NCBI GenBank assembly: GCA_965224025.1
Contig: OZ245033.1
Coordinates: 3,232,001 to 3,296,000 of the forward strand
From: Candidatus Multivorans sp.
GTDB lineage: Bacteria > Acidobacteriota > Thermoanaerobaculia > Multivoradales > Multivoraceae
Reading direction: 5' to 3'
Length of the DNA stretch: 64,000 bases
Of the stretch, positions 41,960 through 51,453 are shown piece after piece (the first letter of the stretch is position 1; each line of letters opens with the position of its first letter). The translations under genes were made by a program, and so were the position numbers. The notes under the pieces were generated by a model. It saw only the letters and a list, made by a program, of their open reading frames with translations, was not told the DNA's origin and ran no database searches.

Positions 41960-43186
41960 ATGGTCCGCCCGATGGCTGCTGGAGGCCCCGTACTGCTCCA
42001 CATGGACTGTGCGAGCGGCATCTCGGGCGACATGTTCCTGGGCGCCTGCCTGGACCTGGGGTTGCCGGTCGCCCTGCTCGAGGAAATGGTTGACCGGCTG
42101 GGCCTGGACGGCGTCGAGTTGAAGGTGCGGCGCGCGAACCGGGGGACGCTGGCGGGCGTGCGCTTCAGCGTGCTTCGCTGTGGCCGGCCGGTGGAGGGAG
42201 ACGGCGGCGAGGGCGCTTCGCACCGGAACCTGTCCACCATCCTCCGCATGATCGAGCACAGCGGTCTCGGTGCCGGCACAAGGGGACGGGCCGCGGCGCT
42301 CTTCCGCCGTCTGGGAGAGGCGGAGGCAAACGTGCACGGAGTCGGCCTGGACGAGGTGCACTTCCACGAAGTCGGCGCCGACGACTCGATCGTCGACCTG
42401 GTCGGCGCCGCGCTGGCCATCGAACACTTCGCTCCGGCGGGCGTGTCGTGCTCCACCGTCGTGGTGGGCGGCGGCACGGTCCGGACCCGGCACGGCGTGA
42501 TGCCGGTGCCGGCGCCGGCGACCGCCCTGCTGCTTCAGGGCGTGCCGATCAGCAACGGCGGTGTGGAGGGCGAGTTGACGACGCCCACCGGCGCCGTGAT
42601 CGTGCGCGAGTTCGTGGACTCGTTCGAGCCCTCGGCGGCCGGCAGCCCACGCCGGGTCAAGAACAGCGGCCTCGGGCTGGGCAGCAGGGAACTCGCCGAT
42701 CGGCCGAACGCCTTGCGTGTCCAACTGGCGACGCCCGTTTTGGCCGGCTCGCCGTGGAACCGCGTCGCGGTGCTCGAATGTCAGGTCGACGACGCGACCG
42801 GCGAGGCGATGGGCTACGCCGCGGAGGCGCTGCTTCAGGCCGGCGCGCTCGATGTTTTCGCCACCCCGGTGCAGATGAAGAAGTCGCGCCCGGGCATCGC
42901 CGTCACCGTCATCTGCCGCCCCGAGTGGGCGTCCGAACTCGCCGAGCGGCTACTCCTCGAGACCGGTTCCCTGGGCTGCCGGCGGACGGTCGTCGATCGG
43001 CTGGAGGCTGAGCGGGCGACCGTGTCGGTGACGACGCCCTTCGGCGAGGTCAGGGTCAAGACGGCCTCGATCGGCGGCCGGTCCCTGGGAGCGGCGCCGG
43101 AGTACGAGGACGTGCGACGGATCGCCCGGGAGAGGGGAGTCCCCTTCCGGGCGATCTATCGCGCCGCCCTCGGCGCGGCCGACTGA
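41960..43186 (+). CDS. larC: Nickel-pincer cofactor nickel insertase
   Basis: SGISGDMFLGA, VHFHEVGADDSIVD, HG.MPVPAPAT, ELTTPTGA, QMKKSRPG, ETGSLG.R, PEYED. Confidence 0.95.
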   Translation: MVRPMAAGGPVLLHMDCASGISGDMFLGACLDLGLPVALLEEMVDRLGLDGVELKVRRANRGTLAGVRFSVLRCGRPVEGDGGEGASHRNLSTILRMIEHSGLGAGTRGRAAALFRRLGEAEANVHGVGLDEVHFHEVGADDSIVDLVGAALAIEHFAPAGVSCSTVVVGGGTVRTRHGVMPVPAPATALLLQGVPISNGGVEGELTTPTGAVIVREFVDSFEPSAAGSPRRVKNSGLGLGSRELADRPNALRVQLATPVLAGSPWNRVAVLECQVDDATGEAMGYAAEALLQAGALDVFATPVQMKKSRPGIAVTVICRPEWASELAERLLLETGSLGCRRTVVDRLEAERATVSVTTPFGEVRVKTASIGGRSLGAAPEYEDVRRIARERGVPFRAIYRAALGAAD

Positions 43187-43666
43187 ACGACCGGCCGGTG
43201 TCGGCCGGCCGACCCGCGGGTCGGCGCCTGACCGAGGATCTCGCGAGTCACGGCGGTGGTCTCAGCGCCCATCTTCGGGGCGGTGCTGCCTTCAGGCATA
43301 GGCGAGGGGATCGTGGAAAGCGATAGCGCAGCCAATGGGGAGTCTGAGGCGCCTCCGACGCCACGTAGGGATCAGGTATCAGGGGACTCCACCCACTCGA
43401 ACAGGCCGCTTCCTGAAGACGGTCCATATGGTCGTACAAGCCGAGCAACGTATCTGTGGGGACGGACGGGACGGGCGTATGTGTGATTCCCCACGCACCC
43501 TGGCCCTATGTCCTGCTGCAGTCGCGGATCCGGTCGCTGTAGCGCGACGCTCTCTCTCCAGGCGTCTCGACGGAGTGTTGGCTACGTCTTCGCCGCCTCT
43601 CCGTCCGAGGGGCGTGCTACGGCGGCGCCTCCACGCCTTCGCTACGGACCTCGGTGAGTTGGCAGG

Positions 43667-46000
43667 CTAGTTGCGACGCGGTCCGCGACCGCCACCGCCA
43701 CCGGGCCGCGGTCCGCGCCCGCCAGGGCCGCGTCCACCAGGGCCGCGCCCGCCAGGTCCGCGTCCACCGGGACCGCGTCCACCAGGGCCGCCGCGTCCGC
43801 CCGGGCCGCCGCGGCCGCCGGGACCGCCCCTGCGGTCGCCGCGTCCGCGGAAACCGCCCCTGCGGTCGCCGCCGGCGGGCGCCGGGACGCCCATGCCTTC
43901 GTAGTCCTTGGGATCGAAGTCGGGATCGTCCATGATCACCGCCTTGCGGGAGAGCCGCACCTTGCCCGACGGATCGATGTCGATCACCTTGACCGTCATC
44001 TCGTCGCCTTCCGTCACCAGGTCGCGAATCTCGCCGACCCGATAGGGCGCGAGTTCGCTGATGTGGACCAGACCGTCGGTACCGGGGAGGATCTCGACGA
44101 ACGCGCCGAACGGTTCCACCCTGCGCACCTGGCCGGTGTAGACCTTGTCGACCTCGGGCACTTCGGTCAGCCGCTCGATCATCGCGATCGCGTGTCCCGC
44201 CGCGGTGGAGTTCGGCGAGGCGACGACGACGCGGCCGTCGTCTTCGATGTCGATCTGGCAGCCGGTCTCCTCGGTGATGCCGCGGATCGTCTTGCCGCCC
44301 GGTCCGATCACGTCGCGAATCCGGTCGCGGGCGACCATCATCACGTGCAGGCGCGGTGCGTGGTCCGACATCTCCTCGCGCGGCTCGCCGATCTCGGCGG
44401 CCATGTGGTCGAGGATGTGCAGCCGGCCGGCCTTCGCCTGGGTCAGCGTCTGGCCCATGATCTCGCGGGTCACGCCGGCAATCTTGATGTCCATCTGCAG
44501 GGCGGTGATGCCGCCGCGGGTACCGGCGACTTTGAAGTCCATGTCGCCGTGGTGGTCCTCCTGGCCCGCGATGTCGCTCAGCACGGCGAAGTCCTCGCCG
44601 TGCTTGACCAGGCCCATGGCGACGCCCGCGACCGGGGCCAGCATGGGCACGCCGGCGTCGAACAACGCCAGGGAGCCGGCGCAGACGGTGGCCATGGACG
44701 AGGATCCGTTCGATTCCAGGATCTCCGAGACCACCCGAACCGTGTAGGGGAAGTCGTCCTCGGTCGGCAGCACGGGAATCAGGGCGCGGCGAGCCAGAAC
44801 GCCGTGGCCGATCTCACGCCGGCTGGAACCGCGCAGGAACCGCACCTCGCCCACCGAAAACGGTGGGAAGTTGTAGTGGAGGAGAAACTTCTGGTGGGTC
44901 TCCCCCTCGTACTCCTCGATGAGCTGCGCATCGCGGCGGGTGCCGAGCGTGACCGAGGCGAGTGCCTGGGTTTCGCCGCGGGTGAAGAGCGCGGAACCGT
45001 GGACGCGGGGCAGGAGACCCGTGTCGCTATCGAGCGACCGGATCTCGTCGAGTGCGCGGTTGTCGAAGCGCTTGCCCTCCTTCATCACGATCTCACGCAG
45101 CGCCCTGTCCTCGAGTTCGCTGACGATCTTGCCGACCTGGGCGCGGCGCTCGTCGTCCTCGGGAAGCTGCTCGAGGAAGCCGTTGACCACGGCCTTGACG
45201 GCGTCGCGGCGCTCGAACTTCGCGGGCGTGTTGAGCGCCGCCGTGAAGTCGTCCCAGATCGCGCTTTCGACCTGCTGCTGGAACTCGGCCGCGTAGGCCT
45301 CGGGAGCAGTCCAGTCGGGCTTCTCCAGGTTCATCTCGCGGAACAGGTCCCGCTGCGCGCGAACGATCTTCTGCAGCTCCTGGTGGCCCGCGAAGATGCA
45401 ATCGAGGATCACGCTCTCATCGAGCTGATTGGCGCCGGCCTCGACCATGGTCACCGCTTCCTCCGTGCCGACGACGATCAGGTCGAGGTCGGACACATCG
45501 CGCTCGGCGCCGGTCGGGTTGAAGACGATCTCGTCGTCGATCAGTCCCACGCGGACGGCGCCTACCGGGTGGTAGAAGGGGATGTCGGAGAGCACGAGCG
45601 CCGTCGACGCACCGTTGATCGCGAGAATGTCGGGGTCGTTCTCCTGGTCGGCCGAGAGGACGAAAGTGATGATCTGGGTCTCGAAGAAGTACCCCGACGG
45701 GAAGAGCGGCCGCAGCGGCCGATCGGTCAGGCGGCAGGTGATGATCTCCTTCTCGGAGGGCCGTCCCTCGCGCTTGAAGAAGCCGCCCGGGATGCGACCC
45801 GCCGCCGATGTGTACTCGCGGTAGTCGACGGTGAGGGGCAGAAAGCCGCGCGGGGTGCTGTCCGGCGCCATGCAGGCGGTGGTGAGCACGATCGTCTCGC
45901 CGAGCTGCACGGTGCAGGAACCGTTGGCCTGCTTGGCCAGGCGCCCGGATTCCAGGGTCATGGTGGAGTTCCCGATCGGGATGTCCTTGGTGAACTTCAT
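43667..46000 (-). CDS. pnp: Polyribonucleotide nucleotidyltransferase with a Gly/Arg/Pro-rich tail
   Basis: GRIPGGFFKREGRP, RREIGHG, SNGSSSMATVC, GDMDFKVAGT, KH and S1 domains. Confidence 0.99.
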   Translation of the reverse strand: MKFTKDIPIGNSTMTLESGRLAKQANGSCTVQLGETIVLTTACMAPDSTPRGFLPLTVDYREYTSAAGRIPGGFFKREGRPSEKEIITCRLTDRPLRPLFPSGYFFETQIITFVLSADQENDPDILAINGASTALVLSDIPFYHPVGAVRVGLIDDEIVFNPTGAERDVSDLDLIVVGTEEAVTMVEAGANQLDESVILDCIFAGHQELQKIVRAQRDLFREMNLEKPDWTAPEAYAAEFQQQVESAIWDDFTAALNTPAKFERRDAVKAVVNGFLEQLPEDDERRAQVGKIVSELEDRALREIVMKEGKRFDNRALDEIRSLDSDTGLLPRVHGSALFTRGETQALASVTLGTRRDAQLIEEYEGETHQKFLLHYNFPPFSVGEVRFLRGSSRREIGHGVLARRALIPVLPTEDDFPYTVRVVSEILESNGSSSMATVCAGSLALFDAGVPMLAPVAGVAMGLVKHGEDFAVLSDIAGQEDHHGDMDFKVAGTRGGITALQMDIKIAGVTREIMGQTLTQAKAGRLHILDHMAAEIGEPREEMSDHAPRLHVMMVARDRIRDVIGPGGKTIRGITEETGCQIDIEDDGRVVVASPNSTAAGHAIAMIERLTEVPEVDKVYTGQVRRVEPFGAFVEILPGTDGLVHISELAPYRVGEIRDLVTEGDEMTVKVIDIDPSGKVRLSRKAVIMDDPDFDPKDYEGMGVPAPAGGDRRGGFRGRGDRRGGPGGRGGPGGRGGPGGRGPGGRGPGGRGPGGRGPGGRGPRPGGGGGRGPRRN
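43670..43875 (-). repeat. Coding 15/18-bp repeats encoding (PGGRG)n
   Basis: GGPGGRGGPGGRGGPGGRGPGGRGPGGRGPGGRGPGGRGP. Confidence 0.9.
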
Positions 46001-46264
46001 TGCTGTTCTCTTGTCTTCCTTACTCTGTAGTTTGCACCCGGCGACTTGAGTGGCGGGCATGTGCCTTCATCGGCGAATGATCTGTGGGAAGTGACCCGAA
46101 GAGCAGTTCGACTTCCTTCCTGCGACTTCCTTCCCGGAACGGGAAGTCTCGTCTGTTGGATCCGTTGTCGGATCCAAACTCACCTGTCGGGCGAACCCGG
46201 TCGGTTGCGGAGAGGCGGAACCGCCTGGCGCCTCCGGGCTCCGGGGTCTACCTGCGGATGCCCG

Positions 46265-46534
46265 CTACCTGCGAATTCCGAGGCGCTCGATCGTCGTCCG
46301 GTAGCGCTCGAAGCCCTGGTCGCGGAGGTAGCCGAGCAGCCGGCGGCGGCGCCCGACCAACTTCAGCAGACCGCGACGGCCGTGATGGTCGTGCTTGTGG
46401 ACCTTGAAGTGCTCGGTGAGTTCGTTGATGCGATTCGTCAGCAGCGCGACCTGGACCTCGGGGGATCCCGTGTCCGTCTCGTGGAGACGGTAGTCACGGA
46501 TGATCCGGCCCTTCACTTCGGTTGTCTGTGGCAC
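46265..46534 (-). CDS. rpsO: 30S ribosomal protein S15
   Basis: [17 protein letters not shown]...[13 protein letters not shown]; GTG start gives 89 aa. Confidence 0.98.
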   Translation of the reverse strand: MPQTTEVKGRIIRDYRLHETDTGSPEVQVALLTNRINELTEHFKVHKHDHHGRRGLLKLVGRRRRLLGYLRDQGFERYRTTIERLGIRR

Positions 46535-46697
46535 TCTCTGATTCCTCGCTGACTCTGCTTGTTCCGTTCTGGTTGGTTCTCTGTGTTGCCTTCTTACGGT
46601 TCCTTCGTCGTTTCCTCTGTCCTTTCGCGGCGCGGAGTGTAGCACGGTCAGTTTACTGGCGCACCTCTCCAAAGTCGCTCTCGGAGAGGACTTTGGC

Positions 46698-47645
46698 TCA
46701 GTGGAAGACGATCTTCGGCTGCACGACGGCGAGGCCGCGGTCGCCGATCCGCTCGGCGACGGCGCCCACGGCGAGGAACCGCCCGCGGTTGTCCGTGATC
46801 TGTACCCAGTCTCCCTCTTCGGCCTCGCTTCCCGGCGCCAGCACGGACTGTCCGTGGGCTATGCGGCGTTCCTGTGCCGCGTCCATCGCGACGCGGGGGA
46901 AGGGCAGGGGGATGTCGTCAAAGGGCACCCAGGCGACTCCCAGATCGCCGGTCGCGAGGGGCTCGTCGCCGCGCTCGACCGCTTCGAGGCGCTGGGAGTC
47001 GAGCGCGCCTTCGACTTCGAATGAACCGATGCGAAGTCGGCGGAGCGCCGCCAGGTGTCCACCGCAGCCGAGCTGCTCGCCCAGGTCGTGGGCGAGGGAG
47101 CGCGCATAGGCCCCCGTGGAGCAACTCAGCCGGAACGGGACCCGGTCGGGGCCCGGTCCTCCCAGCGGGCCGGTCGCCTCGAACTGGAAGATCTCGACAT
47201 CCTTGGCCTCACGTTCGAACTCCTGCCCGCGGCGCGCGAGCTCGTAGTACTTGCGACCGCCGATCTTCTTGGCCGAGTAGGAAGGCGGCAACTGGTGCTG
47301 CGGTCCCTCGAAGTCGCGCATTGTCCGGGTGACCTGCTCGTGGGTCAGGTCCGCGGTGCTGCCCTCGAGGGTCACTTCGCCGGCCGCGTCGTAGGTGTCC
47401 GTGGCCACGCCGAACCGGATCTCGCCTTCGTAGACCTTGGGAGCGCCGATCAGGAAGCGCGTGAGGCGGGTGCTGCGGCCGACGGTCAGCAGCAGCAGGC
47501 CGGTGGCGTTCGGATCGAGGGTGCCGCAGTGACCGATCTTCCGCTCGCCGAGCGCGCGCCGCGCTGCCCGCACCACGTCGTGGGAAGTGCCTCCCGGACG
47601 CTTGTCGACCAGGAGCAGGCCGTGGCGCCCGGGTCCCTGGTTCAC
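46698..47645 (-). CDS. truB: tRNA pseudouridine 55 synthase
   Basis: [35 protein letters not shown]. Confidence 0.97.
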   Translation of the reverse strand: MNQGPGRHGLLLVDKRPGGTSHDVVRAARRALGERKIGHCGTLDPNATGLLLLTVGRSTRLTRFLIGAPKVYEGEIRFGVATDTYDAAGEVTLEGSTADLTHEQVTRTMRDFEGPQHQLPPSYSAKKIGGRKYYELARRGQEFEREAKDVEIFQFEATGPLGGPGPDRVPFRLSCSTGAYARSLAHDLGEQLGCGGHLAALRRLRIGSFEVEGALDSQRLEAVERGDEPLATGDLGVAWVPFDDIPLPFPRVAMDAAQERRIAHGQSVLAPGSEAEEGDWVQITDNRGRFLAVGAVAERIGDRGLAVVQPKIVFH

Positions 47646-48673
47646 GTCGCGTCCTCCGAAGCCGTAGCGCGCCGGCGATTCCCCATGGCCGCCTCGACCG
47701 CGGCGGCCAATTCGGCGATCACTGCGGACTCGTCCGCACCCCCGTCGATCAGGCAGCCGGCGGCGTTGCGATGGCCGCCGCCGCCGCGCCGGCTGGCGAT
47801 TGCCCCGACATCGACCTTGCCGCGGCTGCGCAGGGAGACCTTGAGGTCTCCCTCGGGGCGTTCGCGGAACAGCGCCACCGCCTCGACGCCGCGAATCGAC
47901 CGCGGGTAGTCAATCAGGCCTTCGGAATCGGTCGCCGCGGCGCCGGCGCGTTCGAACATCTGCAAGTCGAGCCGGACGGTGGCGACGCGTTCATCGCAGT
48001 GGAGTTCCAGCGTCCCCAGCATCTCCCCCAACAGCCGCACGGCGCCGGGCGGCTGGGACTCGTAGAGCCACCCGGCAATCTGCTCCGGGCGGGCGCCGCA
48101 GCGGACGAGTTCCGCGGCCGCGTCGAAGGCCCGCGGACTGGCATTGGAGAACCGGAAGCTGCCGGTATCGGTCGAGAGCCCGAGGTAGAGCGCGTTCGCG
48201 GTCGCCGCGTCGATCGGTGCGCCCAAGGCGTGCGCCAGGTGGAGCACCATCTCGGCCACGGCCGGCGCTTCCGTGTCGACCCAGTTGGCCTCTCCGTAGA
48301 GACGATTGCCCAAGTGATGATCCATGTTCAGGAGCTTGATCCGGCAGAGCGCCTGTTCGAGGCCGGTGCGGTCGAGTTGGGGACACTCGAGCGGTACCGC
48401 GAAATCGAAGCCGCCGGGAAAACCGGGCGGCGGCGTCCGACCGACGTGAATGGGCATGTCTCCGATGACGCCGGCATAAGTTGCCGGGGCCGGATCGACG
48501 TTCCAGATCGTGGCGGATCGTCCGGTCGATCGGAGGATCCGCGCGAGCGCCACCTCGGCGCCGATCGCGTCGCCGTCCGGGTGGGTGTGGCTGGAGAGCA
48601 GGAAGCTCGAGCCCCCGCGCAGGGCGCGGACGAACTCCTCGGGGACGGTGAGGGAGAGGCTTCCAGCGTTCAC
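47642..48673 (-). CDS. nrnA: DHH family oligoribonuclease/PAP phosphatase
   Basis: H..PDGDAIG, DHH, DTGSFRF, SLRS, GGGGH.NAAG. Confidence 0.92.
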   Translation of the reverse strand: MNAGSLSLTVPEEFVRALRGGSSFLLSSHTHPDGDAIGAEVALARILRSTGRSATIWNVDPAPATYAGVIGDMPIHVGRTPPPGFPGGFDFAVPLECPQLDRTGLEQALCRIKLLNMDHHLGNRLYGEANWVDTEAPAVAEMVLHLAHALGAPIDAATANALYLGLSTDTGSFRFSNASPRAFDAAAELVRCGARPEQIAGWLYESQPPGAVRLLGEMLGTLELHCDERVATVRLDLQMFERAGAAATDSEGLIDYPRSIRGVEAVALFRERPEGDLKVSLRSRGKVDVGAIASRRGGGGHRNAAGCLIDGGADESAVIAELAAAVEAAMGNRRRATASEDAT

Positions 48674-49005
48674 AACTCACTCAGGAGCCGGTCGATCCGC
48701 TCGGCGTGTTCCGCGCCGCGGTAGAGCTCGAAGTGGAGTTCCGGCGTCCGCTTCAGACGCAGGCGCCGCCCCAGGCGGCCGCGAATGAAGCCGGCTGCTC
48801 GTCGCACGGCTCGGATCGCCGTCTGGCGTTCATCGTCGTCCCCAAGCACGGAGAGCAGGATGCGCGCCTGACCGCGATCCGCGCTCAGGGTCAGATCGGC
48901 GATGCTGGCGAGAGCCGCCCGGGGATCCTGGACTTCGCGCCGCAGAATGTCAGTCAACTCCCGGCGCAGCAGATCGCGTGCGCGGGCCTGGGATACGGAT
49001 GTCAA
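48670..49005 (-). CDS. rbfA: Ribosome-binding factor A
   Basis: DPR, AAGFIR, LKRTPELHF; lies downstream of infB. Confidence 0.92.
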   Translation of the reverse strand: MTSVSQARARDLLRRELTDILRREVQDPRAALASIADLTLSADRGQARILLSVLGDDDERQTAIRAVRRAAGFIRGRLGRRLRLKRTPELHFELYRGAEHAERIDRLLSEL

Positions 49006-49009
49006 GGGA

Positions 49010-51412
49010 CTAGAGGGTTGGGGCGACGGCTTCGTGGTCGAAGGCCTCGATCAGATCGCCGGGTTTGACGTCCTGGAAGCGGTCGATGCCGATACCGCAA
49101 TCGAAGCCGTTGCGCACCTCCGCCGTGTCGTCCTTGAATCGGCGCAGCGAGCCGATCCTGCCCTCGTGGACAACCACGCTGTCCCGTACCAGGCGAATCT
49201 GCGCGCTGCGCGGGATGACGCCCGCGACCACGTGGCAGCCGGCGACCATGCCGACCTTGGGCACCTTGAACACCTCGCGCACCTCGGCGCGGCCCATGGA
49301 GACCTCTCGGTAGGTCGGCTCCAGCAGTCCGGTCATCGCCGCGAGCAGCTCCTCCGTCAGCTCGTAGATCACCGTATGCAGCCGCACCTCGACATCCTCC
49401 TTGGCGGCGAGGTCGGCGGCGTTGCGCTCGGGGCGGACGTTGAAGCCGTAGATGATCGCTCCCCCGGCCGATGCCAGGAGCACATCGTGCGTGGTCACGG
49501 CGCCGACGGCGGCGCGGATCACGCGTACCTTGACCTTGTCCGTCGAGACCTTCTGCAGCGTGTCCCGGAGCACCTCGACCGAACCCTGGACGTCGGCTTT
49601 GAGCACGACGGGCAGTTCCTTGACCTCGCCTTCCTTCAGGCTCGCGAACAGGCTTTCGAGGGAAACGCCGCCCGTGGTGGGAGCGAGTTCGATGCGCCGC
49701 TTCTCCTCGCTCCGGAACTGTGCGATCGAGCGAGCCTTCGCCTCCTTGGCCGCCACCTGAAACGGGTCGCCCGCGTCGGGAAGATCGTTGAAGCCCGCGA
49801 CCTCCACCGGCAGCGAAGGCGGAGCTTCCTTGACCCGCTTGCCCAAATCGTTCATGAGAGACCGGACCCGGCCCCAAGTCGAACCGCAGACGAAGACATC
49901 GCCGATCCGGAGAGTGCCGTTCTGAACCAGGATCGTAGCGACCGAGCCGCGGCCGGTTTCCTTGCTCGCTTCGATCACGACGCCCTGGGCCTGCAACTCC
50001 GGACTTGCCCGCAGCTCCGCCACCTTCGCGGTCAGCGTGAGCATCTCGAGAAGATCGGCGATTCCGTCGCCCTTGAGGGCGGAGATCGGCACCGCGATCA
50101 CGTCGCCGCCCCAGTCCTCGACCACGAGGTCGCGTTCCGCCAACTGCTGCTTGACCCGGTCGACGTTCGCGTTCGGCCGGTCGATCTTGTTGATCGCAAC
50201 CAGGATCGGCACCGCCGCGGCGCGGGCGTGGTCGAGCGCTTCAAGGGTCTGGGGCATTACGCCGTCGTCGGCGGCTACGACCAGGACCACCATGTCCGTG
50301 ACCTTGGCGCCCCGGGCCCGGAGCTGTGTGAACGCCTCGTGGCCGGGCGTGTCGAGGAACGTGATGCGACCGTCGTCCTGCTCGACCTGGTAGGCCGCGA
50401 TGTGCTGCGTGATGCCGCCGAACTCGCTTTCGGTGAGCTTGGACTTGCGGATCGCGTCGAGCAGGGAGGTCTTGCCGTGATCGACGTGGCCCATGATGGT
50501 CACGATCGGCGGTCGCTCGACCTCGGCCATCCCATCGGCGCTATCGCCGCTGGCCTCCAGTTCTTCCTCCTGCTCGATTTGGATTTCCTCTTCAAAGGAG
50601 ACGACCAGGGCGTCGAAGCCCATCCGCTCCGCGAGTTCGACCGCCACTTCCGGTTCCACGACGTGGTTCACGGTCGCCATGACGCCGCGGTCGAACAGCA
50701 TCTTGAGCAGATCCTTCGCCTTGAGGTCCATCTTCTCGGCCAAGTCCCGGACCCGGAGACCGTCTGACACGGTCAGAGCGCGGCGCGGGCCGTCTTCGGC
50801 AGCCGTCTCGGCCTGCCTCTCCTCCCGCCGCTCCCGGCGGCTGCGCAGATCGATGGCGGGAGGCGCCGCTGCCGGAGTTGCCGGGGCAGCCGTTGACGCG
50901 GCGGGCGGCGCCGCCGGGGACGATGTCGGCGTGGCGGTCGGAGCGGAGGCCGGCGTCTCGACCGCCGGCGTCGTCGTCGGCGGTGCCGTGGCCCGGCTTT
51001 CCGACCCGCGCGCGCGCGCGGCCCTGGCCGCCTCCTCGGCCGCAATCTCCTTGGCTGCGATCTCCTCCGGCGTCGGAGGTTTCGGCTTCGTTTCGGTCGG
51101 CGTCAGGGTCCGAATCGTGTGCTTGTGGACGACCTGTCGCCGTCGATTCGGGCGCATCGGCCCGGAGGGCGGCCTGAGGCTCGAAATAGGTCGGCGCCGG
51201 GGCGCGGCCGGCGGCGCCGCGCGGTCGCGCAGGATGACCTCGCGCTGGGGACCGGCGATCTTCCTGCCTTCCAGCAGGGCCTTGATGATTTCCGTGTCGA
51301 TCATCGCGTCTTCGCCTTCTACGCGAACACCGATCGATCGGAACTTGAACAGCAGGTCCTGTTCGGCCACGTTCATCCGCTTGGCCAGATCCTGCAGCCG
51401 GATTTTTGCCAT
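49010..51412 (-). CDS. infB: Translation initiation factor IF-2
   Basis: MGHVDHGKTSLLD, GGITQHI, DTPGHEAF, NKID, KADVQGS. Confidence 0.99.
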   Translation of the reverse strand: MAKIRLQDLAKRMNVAEQDLLFKFRSIGVRVEGEDAMIDTEIIKALLEGRKIAGPQREVILRDRAAPPAAPRRRPISSLRPPSGPMRPNRRRQVVHKHTIRTLTPTETKPKPPTPEEIAAKEIAAEEAARAARARGSESRATAPPTTTPAVETPASAPTATPTSSPAAPPAASTAAPATPAAAPPAIDLRSRRERREERQAETAAEDGPRRALTVSDGLRVRDLAEKMDLKAKDLLKMLFDRGVMATVNHVVEPEVAVELAERMGFDALVVSFEEEIQIEQEEELEASGDSADGMAEVERPPIVTIMGHVDHGKTSLLDAIRKSKLTESEFGGITQHIAAYQVEQDDGRITFLDTPGHEAFTQLRARGAKVTDMVVLVVAADDGVMPQTLEALDHARAAAVPILVAINKIDRPNANVDRVKQQLAERDLVVEDWGGDVIAVPISALKGDGIADLLEMLTLTAKVAELRASPELQAQGVVIEASKETGRGSVATILVQNGTLRIGDVFVCGSTWGRVRSLMNDLGKRVKEAPPSLPVEVAGFNDLPDAGDPFQVAAKEAKARSIAQFRSEEKRRIELAPTTGGVSLESLFASLKEGEVKELPVVLKADVQGSVEVLRDTLQKVSTDKVKVRVIRAAVGAVTTHDVLLASAGGAIIYGFNVRPERNAADLAAKEDVEVRLHTVIYELTEELLAAMTGLLEPTYREVSMGRAEVREVFKVPKVGMVAGCHVVAGVIPRSAQIRLVRDSVVVHEGRIGSLRRFKDDTAEVRNGFDCGIGIDRFQDVKPGDLIEAFDHEAVAPTL

Positions 51413-51453
51413 TGAGTCCTCGGTTCCCCGTCGTCGTATCGGCTCAGACGCCC

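Noticed and set aside
41199-43186. radC-larC next to the IS as a novel defence or mobile module
   Set aside because: Both are full-length chromosomal-type genes, and I see no evidence of functional linkage to the IS.
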